A stretch of DNA of 64,000 nt from positions 17,422,001 through 17,486,000 of the forward strand of contig NC_087454.1 in assembly GCF_036321535.1 (NCBI RefSeq). The letters are read 5' to 3'. The stretch is from Camelus dromedarius. Taxonomy: Eukaryota. The notes below the pieces were generated by a model. The model was given only the letters and a program-made list of their open reading frames with translations, did no database searches and was not told the DNA's origin. Positions 51,401-64,000 of the stretch are shown in pieces. A program made the translations under genes and the position numbers. The first letter of the stretch is position 1. Every line of letters begins with the position of its first letter.

Positions 51401-53089
51401 TCAATATTTGAAATTCCTAGGAGAGAGCAAGGGGATCTAAGGCTCCTGTTTATCTGAAAGCCTGACTCTCCAGTGTCTGTTTTCCTCTTCTGTTTGTTAC
51501 CATTTATTATAAGCTTATACGTGGTAATCCCAAGTTCCTAGTAGAGTGCCTGGTAAGTAATAGGTGCTCAGTAAATAATTGCTGAATAAATAAATCACAA
51601 TCTGTATGAATCTAGAGAACTTGAATTCAAGATGCTTCCCTCCTGAAGGGGTTTACCTTTGCCTTCACAGGGCACTAGGAGGCGCTCTGAACCTACATCA
51701 CTAATTTCACAACCCTTTCCTTGAAACCCCAGATTCTATGTAAGTGGTTAAATCCCAGTGGCAAATTTCCTCTGTCCTCCTCCACAGAGTTCTGCGGAGA
51801 CAGACAGGTTTTCTTCTTGGGAACCTTTGCTAGATTAACCTTATTGTAACCTATCCTTTCTTCCAGGGTCCTGGGTTTAGTTTAAGGGTTTCGAATCCCC
51901 TTCCCCAAGGAGCAGATATTAATTGACAAAGTTCAGAATCTTGATAATAATAGTTGCCCCAGAGAACCCAGTCTAGTGTGTTTATCTCTCTGGTTTCAGC
52001 GCCTAGGTTTTTCATTGCTTTGCATATTTCAAGGCATTTTCTCAGTTTCTTCTTAGCTGGGCAATGATGTGCTACTGTTTTGTTGTACTTTATCTGGTCT
52101 TTAGGTGTTTTCCTTCAAGATGGCTTTGTATCCAGAATATCTTGTTTTCTGTATTGGAAATAAGTTTTTACAGTGTCCCTCTCTATCCCTAATACTTTTA
52201 GCTTAAAAATGTGTCTGCTATTAATATTGCTAACTTGCTCTCGGTAAACATTCCCCAGGCATGTGTTCCTCTCATTCTTATTTTTTATTTATTGTTATTA
52301 TATAAATATATGCATAATTTATCTTCATTCAAATAAGAGGAGCACTTTTAATGCATATTTTTATTACACATATTCTTTTGCTTTATAAAAAAATGTAACC
52401 ATCTAAAAGATAAACTACTGTACCTATGCAAGAACTCTAGCATATACTTTTCTGAGGGAGACAAAAGAAAACCTATAAAACTTCCAGGTGACCACAATCA
52501 TACAGGACAATAACTAAGCATATATTTTATTTGAGTTAATATCTACCCTTATTTTGGAGTTACATTTTTTGTAATCCTAAAAGAAGAAATCACTGTTATT
52601 GAGTCTGGAGACAATTCATATGGGGAAATTATTTAATAAAGAGTGTGGTAGTCAATTTTGTTTTAAAATTAACAATCCTGGGGACTAGGTAACACCTTTC
52701 ACCTCTTTGTCAAATGATCACTGCCTCAGAGGAGTTTAGAACAATTGGGATTCAGGAGCTTTGCCTAGACAGACAATTTTCATGGTATCCAACATATATT
52801 TCTATAAATAATTATATTTCATTAATTTCACTTAATAATACACTAAACATAAAACCAAATGTGTTTAATATTTTACTTTTTTTAAAAAACCAGACCCAGC
52901 AAGATTTAAAGGAGATGTCTTTAGTTGTAACTAACATTATTGACCTTTAATCTGAGCCTTGTGATCCTAGAAAATAGTGATTATTAAAGAAATTCTCCCC
53001 CTTTTTGTATTCCAAAAATAATTTACTGCAAGGAGGCACTGTTTTCACCTATGATTTGGAAAAGATAAAAAAAAAAACAACTCCTGGTT

Positions 53090-53194
53090 GGAAGGGTATA
53101 TAGCTCAGTGGTAGAGTGCCTACTTAGCGTGCAAGAGGTCATTGGGTCAATCCTCAGTACCTACATTTAAAAAAATAAATTTAAAAAACAACAG
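53090..53194 (+). mobile_element. tRNA-Ala-derived SINE
   Basis: gggtatatagctcagtggtagagtgcctacttagcgtgcaagaggtc...; flanking caactcct duplication. Confidence 0.8.
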
Positions 53195-53224
53195 CAACTC
53201 CTTGTATATCTAGGACACAACCAG

Positions 53225-53660
53225 ACACAGACCCCTCCCAAATTCCCATTCTTTGCCTCAAAAGTGATAACCTGAACTAATCCATGGAAACAATATACTT
53301 TGTCAACCAAAATTTAGTTACATTTTCTCTATCCCCCCAGGTCCCAGAGCTTTGACCCACCCTCAGCCTGAGCCACTTTACTACCCCTCCTTAAGGGTCC
53401 CTTCTGATAGTTGGCTGGACTCGGGGTAAAACATTATCTGTTTTCCTAATATCTAATCAAGCCATTTTTTCATCCTACCATTCCTATGTCATACTCAATT
53501 CTTTTTAGTCTTGTTTGCTCTTCCCTAAGAAAATCTGTTTTGGCTTCAGCCAAAGAGAAGCTTACAGATCATATGCAGTAGTCCGTTTCACCTCCTATCA
53601 ACAGTCCTTTCAAAAATAGCCTCTCCTTACCAAGTCTGAATCTTTTTCATTTAAAACAGC
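53225..53660. mobile_element. ERV1 LTR fragment (MER34/MER39-like)
   Basis: caggtcccagagctttgacccaccctcagcctgagcca...ggactcggggtaaaacatt. Confidence 0.4.
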
Positions 53661-55770
53661 TCATGGACTATTTTGTCTGCCCTGTACACTGTGTGTGTTT
53701 CTACTAAATTCATGTAGGTATGGAATGAACACTCTAGTTTGGGTCAGTCCTCACCACTCTTCAGTGTTATATAGATCTGTTCACCTGTGTAGAGGTTATA
53801 GCCTCTATTCATGGTTACTACATTTAAATTAGTTGCCTGGTCCTTTTGAGACAGGATGGAAGGGGGCAGGGCACACCCATTAAAAGAATAACACAGCAAT
53901 GAGCACCAAGATGGCCAAAGATTCAATTCCCAGTCGATCTTGAGGCCCAAGATAGTAGAAGATTTGACTTCCAGCAAACCTTGACCTTCATTATATGCTC
54001 ATTTTGCAATAATAGCATGGTAAAGGGCACTCCCATAGACATTATAACAGAAATTTTGGGGTGAAATTTCATAGGTTGGCTGAAATATGAGTAAATTTAG
54101 AGAAATCGTCGACCCTAAAATTATTGGGTATTGACTTAACTCTACAGCTTTGGCTCTTAATCAGTGGCTTTCAACTTTATCTATAATGGAAATATATCAA
54201 AATCTTAACTAGTAAATTAATAAGTTGGTGATATGGTGAAGCTAATATCAACTAAAAATAGATAAAGCTAATAGCAATCACTGAATCCTTCTCTCTATGA
54301 TTTACATTATCTATATTTTGTCTCTCCAAAATACTGTCTCATTCTCCAGATAAGTTTCTCTTTTTGCCCCACTCTTCCCCATCGGCCTCTTTTTCCACTG
54401 AGTCTTTTTCTCTCCCTCTCCGCCTTTTCCATTTTTTCTTTAATCTAGTTGTAATTTTCTTTCTCATTTTTCTCTCTCCTCTTCCTCCATGGACTAGGTA
54501 TATAAGAGAATCAACGTTTTTTTTTTCATTTTAACATTCTCCTTCAGTCATTTAAAAAATGCTTTATTTGCCATGCTTCTAAAGTTAGAAGAAATCACAA
54601 CAAACTTTTCTCTTTTTTTCCTAAAACAGCCCACCAAACGCCAGCGGGAGTCTTATGAAGGATTCAGATTTAAGGCAGACTGCTTTAATCATTATCCTGG
54701 CTCCACAATTTACATGTTAATGGGATTTGAGGGAAAAGGCCTTGTCTCATGTTCTCTGGTTTTCTTTTCTATAAAATGGAGGGCAAAAAACAAACACAAA
54801 CAAACAATCAGGTAGGGTTTTATGATTAAATAAAATAATACATATAAAGCATGTTAGCTATTATTCCAAACATTGCTACACGGGCTAAATTGGGGAAAAG
54901 TAAAAATAAAAGAGTGAATAGGTCTTCAGGAGATTTCCTCCTCAATACCAAAGTGAGAAAAACAAATTAATTACTTTGTGCCCTTTTTGTTTGCCAGCTT
55001 ACCACGTGCAGCTTGCAGCCCTGGATTTACTGCCAGCAGGGGAAGCCAAAAGGTGGGGCAGCGTAGAAAGTCTTAGAAACATCTAAATCAAATTCAGGGG
55101 AAACAGGTCTCAATAGAAAGGAAACATGTTAATGGAAGAACTAGCTAAAAAGCCGGTTTCTGATAGTGATAATAGTAAATTGTAAATAAAAGTATTTATC
55201 ACCATGTTCTCCCGTTTCAGTTGTTTTCTGGGGTTTTTGTTTCTGTTTTTAACTAAGTAGAAGGAAGAGTAATTTCTGATCCGCTTTAGTGGCTAACCTG
55301 GATGTGATTTGATCGTTTCCAATACGAAGCACTGCAGCGATACTGGCTACGAAATTCTTGCATTTATTACCTTCCTTTAAGCTACGTAACTTTAAACTTT
55401 GACATTTATTTTCACGCTATATTTCTACATTTTTGGTATAGTTGGAAACACTGTCTTAGGAATTTTTTCGATTACCGTAGATCGCCTATTTCTTCTCAGT
55501 TCTTCCTTTCCCTGTCACTAATCTAGAATCTGGATTCAAAGGCAGAGTGACAGCTTTTCTAGGAGTTGTAAACAGGCCTTGCAAATCGGAGAGATAACCA
55601 GTCCATGAAATCTGCCTTTTTGATATTTCAGAATACTGTAGAGAGTGCTATCTAGTTTATATCCTTAACAAACTAATCTGAATTGTTATAAACAACTACA
55701 GAACTTTTAAAATAATTTAACTAGATTAAAGTAGCTGGCCTGATTGCTGGAAAACTGTCTCAGGAGATAG

Positions 55771-55886
55771 CCAATGGGAGGGCACTCCCCTAGTTATCTT
55801 TTGCATGCATACCTCTTAACAAATGAACGAATCAGCAGTTGCCGAGTTAAGGCCTCATTTGCATAATACTGCCTACAAATAGGCAG
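55771..55886 (+). promoter_or_regulatory. H2BC6 promoter
   Basis: CCAAT 55771-55775; canonical octamer ATTTGCAT 55857-55864; TATA-position variant TACAAATA 55874-55881. Confidence 0.78.
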
Positions 55887-55930
55887 GGTCCTACAAAGCG
55901 GACACCATTTTGTCTGTGAAAAAGCAGTAG

Positions 55931-56317
<387 letters not shown>

Positions 56318-59300
56318 NNNNNNNNNNNNNNNNNNNNNNNNNNNNNNNNNNNNNNNNNNNNNNNNNNNNNNNNNNNNNNNTGTAGCTGTGCACTAGCAAG
56401 TGGTATTTCCTGAAAACTAGGCTTGCAATTACTGTTACAGGTTGCACTTAAAAATGCAGTTAGAAAGCGAACGGTTCTTGGGGTTCAAACTTGCATATTG
56501 TTCTGATTACCGTCCCCTGTACGAGGATTCCCATCAGCATAAGCGAACATGGATCTTAGCACTAACGGCCAGCTCTTCGACTTCTTGGTCACCTTTATGG
56601 AACTTACACAGATGCTCTGTGGGCTGGTAGCGAGCTTCGGGAAACTGGTCTGTTTTTGGTAAAATACCACGTTGTAGCGTCAAATAGGTCAGAACAACAT
56701 TTGAATCTCCCGCTATCCAAAAGCGGAACTTCCTCTCTGATGCTGCGGATCCTCCGCCTGCCCATGTTGTTTTGTGGGATCTATTTCCTTCTCTCTCCCC
56801 TAGCCCTTTGCCTAGGGCTTTCGAGTCCTGGCTAAGTATTTTATCTAAGACTCTTCACAAACCTGGTAGATTGGCTGTAGTTCTCCAGTAACGGAAGAGC
56901 AGTTATTTTTACTGTCCTTTTAGTCACTTTACTAAATTTTTAAAAAGCTCTTATCACTGGATTTTTAAAAAAATTTTAATACAGTCATCTCCCCACTCCA
57001 CAGACTTTTTGCAAACCTACAAAACTCACAGAATTTTCAGTGTTCAGCTCACCTGTGTGGTCACATAATATAAAGGTCGGCTCTGAAGCTTTCTAACCAC
57101 CCTTTTCTGTAACTTGCAGTCTTTTCCGAACCCATCCCCCTCTCCTGCCTCCAGCTCCCCTTTCCCTGCACAGTTCAGAAACCGTGGAGCGATCTTGACA
57201 AAAGAGGGACCCACGGCCGGTTCAGATCTCAGAGAGGAAGCACCGTGGAAGTAGGAGATGACTTTTAACTGTTGTGGGCTGAGCTCTTGAGATTTGGAAG
57301 CCTACGGTTTGTGACCACATAATGCCCAAGAGACTAAATCCTGGGAAATAGAGTCGGGCGCTTCCCTCATTTCTCCGGAAACTTCAAGGTAGGGACTTCC
57401 TTCAGGAAGTTAGGTGGAAAAGGTTCGGTGGCTTGCATCACCCATAAATGGAAATATCAAACCCACCCAAGAATGGCTACCACTGTCCTTAAACATTCCT
57501 AACCAGCCTCCTGGACCAGTCTATCTGGTCTCCCATTTATTGTCTCAAAAACATAAATAAAATAAGCATAAAGACACAAACAAGTCTTTATTTTTCAGGT
57601 TCCCAAATTACAACAGAATTTCAACTTTTCTCATAACCTTGATTTTAGTTTGAGGTAATACTGACACTCCTTCATCCATAGCGAATTTCGTTTTCATGCC
57701 AAATTCGCCATGTTTTTTTGGCTTTGTATCTTTCCTTCACAGCCATTGGATGGTTCCGAACTTGACAAAACTAGAAATTCTGTGCTATTGCCACAGGCCC
57801 TGCATTGTCCAGCCCTCACCTAACTTTCCAAGTCAACCTCAGAGGACTTTTTCTTTTGTTTTTGTTCATTTCTTATTTTTTGGTTTGGGTTTTTTTGGTT
57901 TCTTTTTTCTCCACCTCTACAGTTTTTCAACTACCAAGGCCTGGCTGCCTGCTTGTATTCACTGTGGGATGGCAGCAGCAGCTGATTTGATGACTTCAGC
58001 GCTCTTTGTTTATTGATATGGCTTGCATTATTTTTCATTCAGAGATGTGTAAGTTTGCAATTCAGAGGCAAAAGGGGACTGGACTTATAAATTTTGAAAA
58101 TTTTTAAAATAATTTAATGTCAGCATGGCATGAAAATAGGTTTCAAGAAAGACTTTTTCAAACTGGTGTGATGCCTAGTAGGCTGAGAACAAGAGCTTTG
58201 GACACAGAAAATGGAGAGCACTGGGAACTCAGGTTACAGATACTAAAGGGCAACCCACACACCATCTGGACACCTTCAGGGCTCATGATTATTACCTCTT
58301 CCGTGGGGAAAAACCTCCACTTAGAGCTGAGCCCAAAGTGTGAGAATTATGTTGATACCCTTTCTCTTGTGCCACTGTATCTCACTGATGCAGACATCTG
58401 CCCAAATAGGGCAGATTTGTTTGCCTTGAAGTTGGGAAAACTGACAAAAGAAAAAGGCCTGAGTGTTCAGCATTTCCCTAAGCATGGTCAACAAAAAAGT
58501 TTCAAGAGATTTTAATTTGTTTAAATTACCTGAAATTGTTTTGTTATGTCTGCATCCAAAAAACTTTCATTAATACACTTGCTACTTAAGAATATATGTA
58601 AACATGTTTCTTTAAACACGTACATAAACCCATTATCCTATGTTGTCACACTCAGTCCTCACGAAAACATGAAATTTCTCCTACATTATAGATAAGGGAA
58701 CAGTGGTTAGTAACTTGCCACAGATCACAAAGAAAATGGCAGTTCAGAATTTCAACTGTATGTCTTCATGGTTCAAAAATGCCCGTTTCTTTTCTCTGAG
58801 CCTCTTTCATGTCATGAGAAATAAGAACACTAATAATAATAATATCAGTCATCAAAACAGAGCATTTCCCATGGCCATGCACTGGCCAAAATGCTTAATA
58901 TTTAATGTTATTTACCCCCAAACCAATAAGATAGGAACTACTGTTATCTCCATTTTACCGATGAGGAAACGCGCACAGGGAGGTTAAGTGACTTAACCAA
59001 AGACACAAAGAGTACAAACTACCTTCTGTACAAGTTTTCCGGTTCCTTTTTATCTTTGAAGAGGGATATTGGGACTGTTTCTTGTAAACAGAACAAATGA
59101 TTTACTCAGTGACACTGACTACTAAATATTTAGACCCTACTATATATTTACCAAGAATAGCAATGGAAGGTAAGTTCAAAGAAAGCCTTAAGAAACAGTT
59201 CACGGACTTCTGCCTTAAACAGCCTAAAAATAAACTCCCCACTATTTTTATTTACTCCTAAATCTTATGAGATACAGTTTGGGCCTTTACGCCTCTGAGA

Positions 59301-61084
59301 ATCAAAATTTTTCAAAATGGGTTATCTTTCTTGCATTCTAGTTACAGTGTAAAGGACTCATCTCACTTGTCAAGAATATATAGATCTATTGCACACAGTG
59401 AATAAATACATGTGCCAAATTTACTGCTGTTTGATGTGTTCTTTATGCATTTGGTCTGCCCTTTTCTCTGTAGCCCTAAATTTTGGATTTCTACAACCTC
59501 AGACTCTAAAATCCTAGACTCCAAGTTGTTCACAGGAATCCATGGAGCCCTGGGAATTACTTGAATGAGCTCCATGAAATACGTTTTATACACACACACA
59601 CACATATAAGTATATGCACACACAGATCCTCAAAGAAACTTATGATCCACATACTGTTAAAAACTCCTAAGGGGAGACAGTACTTTGAAATATCCAGATT
59701 ACAACTGCTTAAGGCATGTGGATATTCCACATCCCTAACAGGTAACGAGCCCTTATTCTGTGTTCTAGCATGGAACACCATGGAAAGAGTTGAAAAAAAA
59801 TGAGTTGAAAAAAACATACTTGGTATGGTAAACTTTAGTTCTTATAATAGAGGCTCAACAGTAAATTAGCTTAAAGACAGTTAAGTCTTGTCACTTGGAA
59901 CAGATCCACTGTGATCAGTCCAGCTCTGTGGTGCAGCGCTGCTCCTCCTGATCGGGATCTGTTGTTCCTTCCATCATTGTTCTGCCATCCCTAGCGCCTG
60001 AAGTTCTCTGCTGGGCCAGACAGTATCAACACCTTCATAGAAGGCAGCAAGAAGGATGAAGGCTCGAAAGCCTGGGAATATCTTCTACTGATGCTTATTA
60101 GAGAGCAGGTAGCCACATGCTCACCCCTGCTCTCAGATAAGCCAGAAATATTGCTTCAGGCCCGGGAGTTATCTGTCCAGGTATTCCTTTTCTTACAACA
60201 AAGAGAACAAGTTTTAGTTGAAAAAATGCCAGTTGTACTACAATAACCTAAGATTTTTTTCACAGAATAAAACCCATTCTGAGGACACTAAAGAATACAG
60301 TGGCAGGCTGACAGTCCTGAGAGATTGTAGACAGTTTACAACAGGTAACAAGAAACGGGTAACGCACTTGAGAACTGCTTGTTTTGCCTCATTTTCTGCT
60401 GTGAAGGGAACAAGACTGGAAATCATGAAAACCTGGGTTTGAAAGGCTCACTCCAGCCTTTTTGTCAGGGTATGTGGCACGCAACCAGTTTATTAGAGTA
60501 TTTCAAAATTGACTGTAGTTAAGTCTGTTACTCAAGATAGAGCCAAAATAACTTGGTAAACATAAACCGGCATACTTATACCAGACATAGATGCATCAAT
60601 AGGTTCTTTTTGATTGTGAAACAGTAGCTCTGGATGGATGGGAAAAATAAGTCAGCCTGTCTCCATTCCACTTTTAAACAAGAGACCTCACACTTTTCTC
60701 TGGTAGAACTTGACTGTCTTCAGCATTACCAGTCCTCCCCTTTCTCAGGTCCTCTTTATCATGTGACTTTTAACAGGTTTTTTCAATATCCTTAGCTGAG
60801 GAGTGTCTACATTAGTTCTTTTTCCCGATCTTCTACCACAAGACTTGACCTCGTCTTCCATAAAACTTCCCAGCTGGGTTTCGCTAACAGTTGTGCAAAA
60901 TAGTTTTATCACCATAGATTAGCCTTCTTGCTCTAAAGATAATACATCGCACATACACCAAACCGACTATAGATTAAGTGCAAACCTGCTAAGGCCTGAA
61001 ACATACGTAAATCACATTTAAGTTTACAGGTTGTCGACAGTACTTACCTGTTTAAATACCTTCTTATAAAACTAAAACAAAGCG

Positions 61085-61127
61085 TTAACTCTTTTAAGTG
61101 AGCGGATAGGTGGCCCTGAAAAGGGCC
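61085..61127 (-). terminator. Histone stem-loop and HDE of H4C4
   Basis: GGCCCTTTTCAGGGCC at 61127-61112; AAAGAGTTAA at 61094-61085. Confidence 0.93.
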
Positions 61128-61163
61128 TTTGGTTTTGCCGTGCGAAGCAGGGCGATCGGTAGT

Positions 61164-61584
<421 letters not shown>

Positions 61585-62296
61585 AACCACAGTCGGTCCA
61601 GCCCTTCGTTTATTTGTCCCTTGCTCAGAGCCGTAGTGACTAGGCGGGGCGCCTAAAGCGACAATGGATCCTGGAAGTGAAATTTAATCAAGGTTCCTAT
61701 ACGTGAATTCGTGTTTTTGTGTATTCATACAATACGTGAAGCCATTAAATAGGGCAATAATTCATAGACTTTCCATAAAGAAACCCGATGCTTGTTCTTC
61801 AGATTTCCCAGAATATGAAATAGTTAATACAAGCTATTGTCCCCAAAACTCTTTAAACACGGTTTTAAAGAAATCCTATATTTATTGTTTAATTTTCCAT
61901 TAGTTTTATCCACGTGTGGTTGTTCCGTTATCTAAGCAGAGCTCTTTATCACACACTCTGGATAACCCTACTGAGGAAGCTGAGAATATAAAGTTAAACG
62001 TTTGAGAGATCAAGTAACGTTAAAAGTCACTGAGGGCTACATTGGAGATTTATAAATATGTATATCCCAAAGTGATAAGAACCTTGCTCTACTGGAAGTC
62101 TAAGATTTATGGTTTGATTGTGTATTTAATTATGGACAGGTTTTATCTGGCACTGTATCTGTCACCACATTCTATTTCTCCAACCACTTGGCATTACAGT
62201 GACCAGTCAAGTTCTGGAGATAGCCTGCTCCACATACTAGCCTGTGACTTTGGGCAATCTATACTTTTTTTCATTTTAAATGTGCACAAAGATGTT

Positions 62297-62415
62297 GGGT
62301 GACGGTATAGCTCAATTGGTAGTGTGCATGCTTAGCATATACAAGGTCCTAGGTTCAATCCCCAGCACCTCCTCTAAAAATTAGTACATTAAATGTAACT
62401 AACCCTCCCTCTCCA
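62297..62415 (+). mobile_element. tRNA-Ala-derived SINE
   Basis: ggtatagctcaattggtagtgtgcatgcttagcatatacaaggtcctaggttcaatccccagcacctcc; TSD aaagatgt at 62288-62295 and 62416-62423. Confidence 0.82.
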
Positions 62416-64000
62416 AAAGATGTATAGGAAGGTATAAATTACAGAGCACTTAAATTTAAGAGATAATCCAAAATTTTTAAAATAATATCAGGAAATAAGC
62501 AATTACTCAACAACATTTATTATGAAATATTGTACTACTGTGGCTGCTCTCAACTCCTCCCTTCAGTACTCACCCCTCTAAAGTGAGGAGCCTAAGCAAG
62601 TGTTTAATTTGCAAAACGCTTGTTTTGTGAACTCCTCAAAATAATAAATACATAAAGATTTAATTTCTCATTATTTCCCTTGAGGTTCAGCTGACTTTGG
62701 ATAGATTTTGCTTTTTACTCCATGGTAAGGAGGACCCTGTTCATCAAAGCTCTTCCATGAGTTTACAGTGCATGGAAACAAATTCTACAATGGAGTTGTT
62801 AACCTGGGATATATAGATGGGCTCAGAGCATCTGGAAACTTACATAGAACAAAAATTCCATCTTTATTTTTACTATACTCCAATTGGATCTTAGTGTTTC
62901 CTCCTCTTGTGAAAATGTAGTCAACAAATAGGGTGATTGGCAGGACCCATGCTCTGTTCTATTACGTTGTAATCACAGCTGTCAATGTCTCAAAATATTG
63001 TTTAAATATATTACTCTTCCTAAAATGTGGTGATTTATGGTCATATGGGTAATCTTATTATTTAACATATTAATAAAGAAGCACATGTTAATACTTCACT
63101 AATTTGGATTTTTGTTAAATTTGACGATGGTATTTTTATATAACTGTTTTCCTTTATAATCCTGTGTATATTATTTTAAGCATTGAAAAGCATTATTCTG
63201 GGAAGGAGTTCATAAACTTTATCACACATACAAAGAAGTCCATGGTACAAAAATGGTTAAGAATCCCTCTTCTCCAGGATCTTGAAAGTCTGGAAAGATG
63301 CTGGGTTTCAAAAATGTGCGGAGAGAAACATTGGGAAATTCCATGAATGCTGGAATGAAACTGACATATTAGTAAAAGTACTCTGATAGAGCTAAGGGTA
63401 AATGGAAACAATTTTCTCCACTTATGAATAGTAAGAGGTCATTTCCTCTTCCTCTTAGAGAGTTTTCTTGGAGAAATAGTGAGTCTGAGTTTTCACTCTT
63501 CCCTTAGGAATACAGTGACATTTTTCTAGGGATTAAGCCCAGTCTCCAGTTTTTACAATGGAAAGAAATCTCCTAGGTAGTGAGCCGAATAACCTCTAGA
63601 TATGTAAAAATATACATCTGTTATTAGCTTAGGAGTCTTTCACAACATACACATGAGAGGTGAACATGTCAAGGTGAATGGGGCGATACCATGAAGATTC
63701 TCTACACTTAGATACCTAAGAGATAACTCTTCCTTTGTGTTGCTGCAGAAAACCAACTATAATGAGTTAAGGTCATTTTTAGCTTAGGAATGCATGAATC
63801 AATAACATGTAAATATACACTCCAAGTAAAAATGTTTATATTGAACTATTTCTCCTCTCATATCATCCATTTCAATTGCTCTTAATTTTTAATTTTTATT
63901 AATGTTCATTAATGTTTTGATGTTTAACTTGAATGTACTGCATGAAGTGATCAGTCATTTGTTGATTTTGATGGGACCAAAGAGGAGTATTAAACCCTTA

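Noticed and set aside
53090-53194. Genuine tRNA-Ala genes at the SINE positions
   Set aside because: Stem mismatches, A-rich tails, TSDs and no oligo-T terminator indicate retroposed SINEs

Overview
Mammalian genomic DNA from the major replication-dependent histone cluster (HIST1). Eight histone genes appear in the order H4(+), H1t(-), H2B(-)/H2A(+) divergent pair, H1(+), H2B(+), H2B(+), H4(-). This order and diagnostic residues match human H4C3, H1-6, H2BC4, H2AC6, H1-4, H2BC5, H2BC6 and H4C4. The tRNA-Ala-derived SINEs and the L1 3' ends suggest a camelid (inference). Seven N blocks hide parts of five CDSs and the H1-4 core promoter; where testable, their lengths keep the expected frame. 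Seven 3' stem-loops with U7-binding elements and subtype-specific promoter elements are visible. The most interesting non-obvious structure is a probable dual 3'-end system: distal non-coding terminal exons (3' splice site, exon, AATAAA) about 4.9 kb downstream of H2BC4 and H2BC5, plus a weaker H2AC6 candidate. There is also an orphan CpG-rich promoter-like element at ~47.3-47.75 kb built from a 40-bp CCAAT/GT-box tandem repeat. Spliced poly(A) histone isoforms are known in human, so the novelty here is mainly their location and conservation. Intergenic DNA is otherwise old L1/L2/MIR/MLT/MER repeats with several younger insertions. Repeat family names come from visual recognition only.
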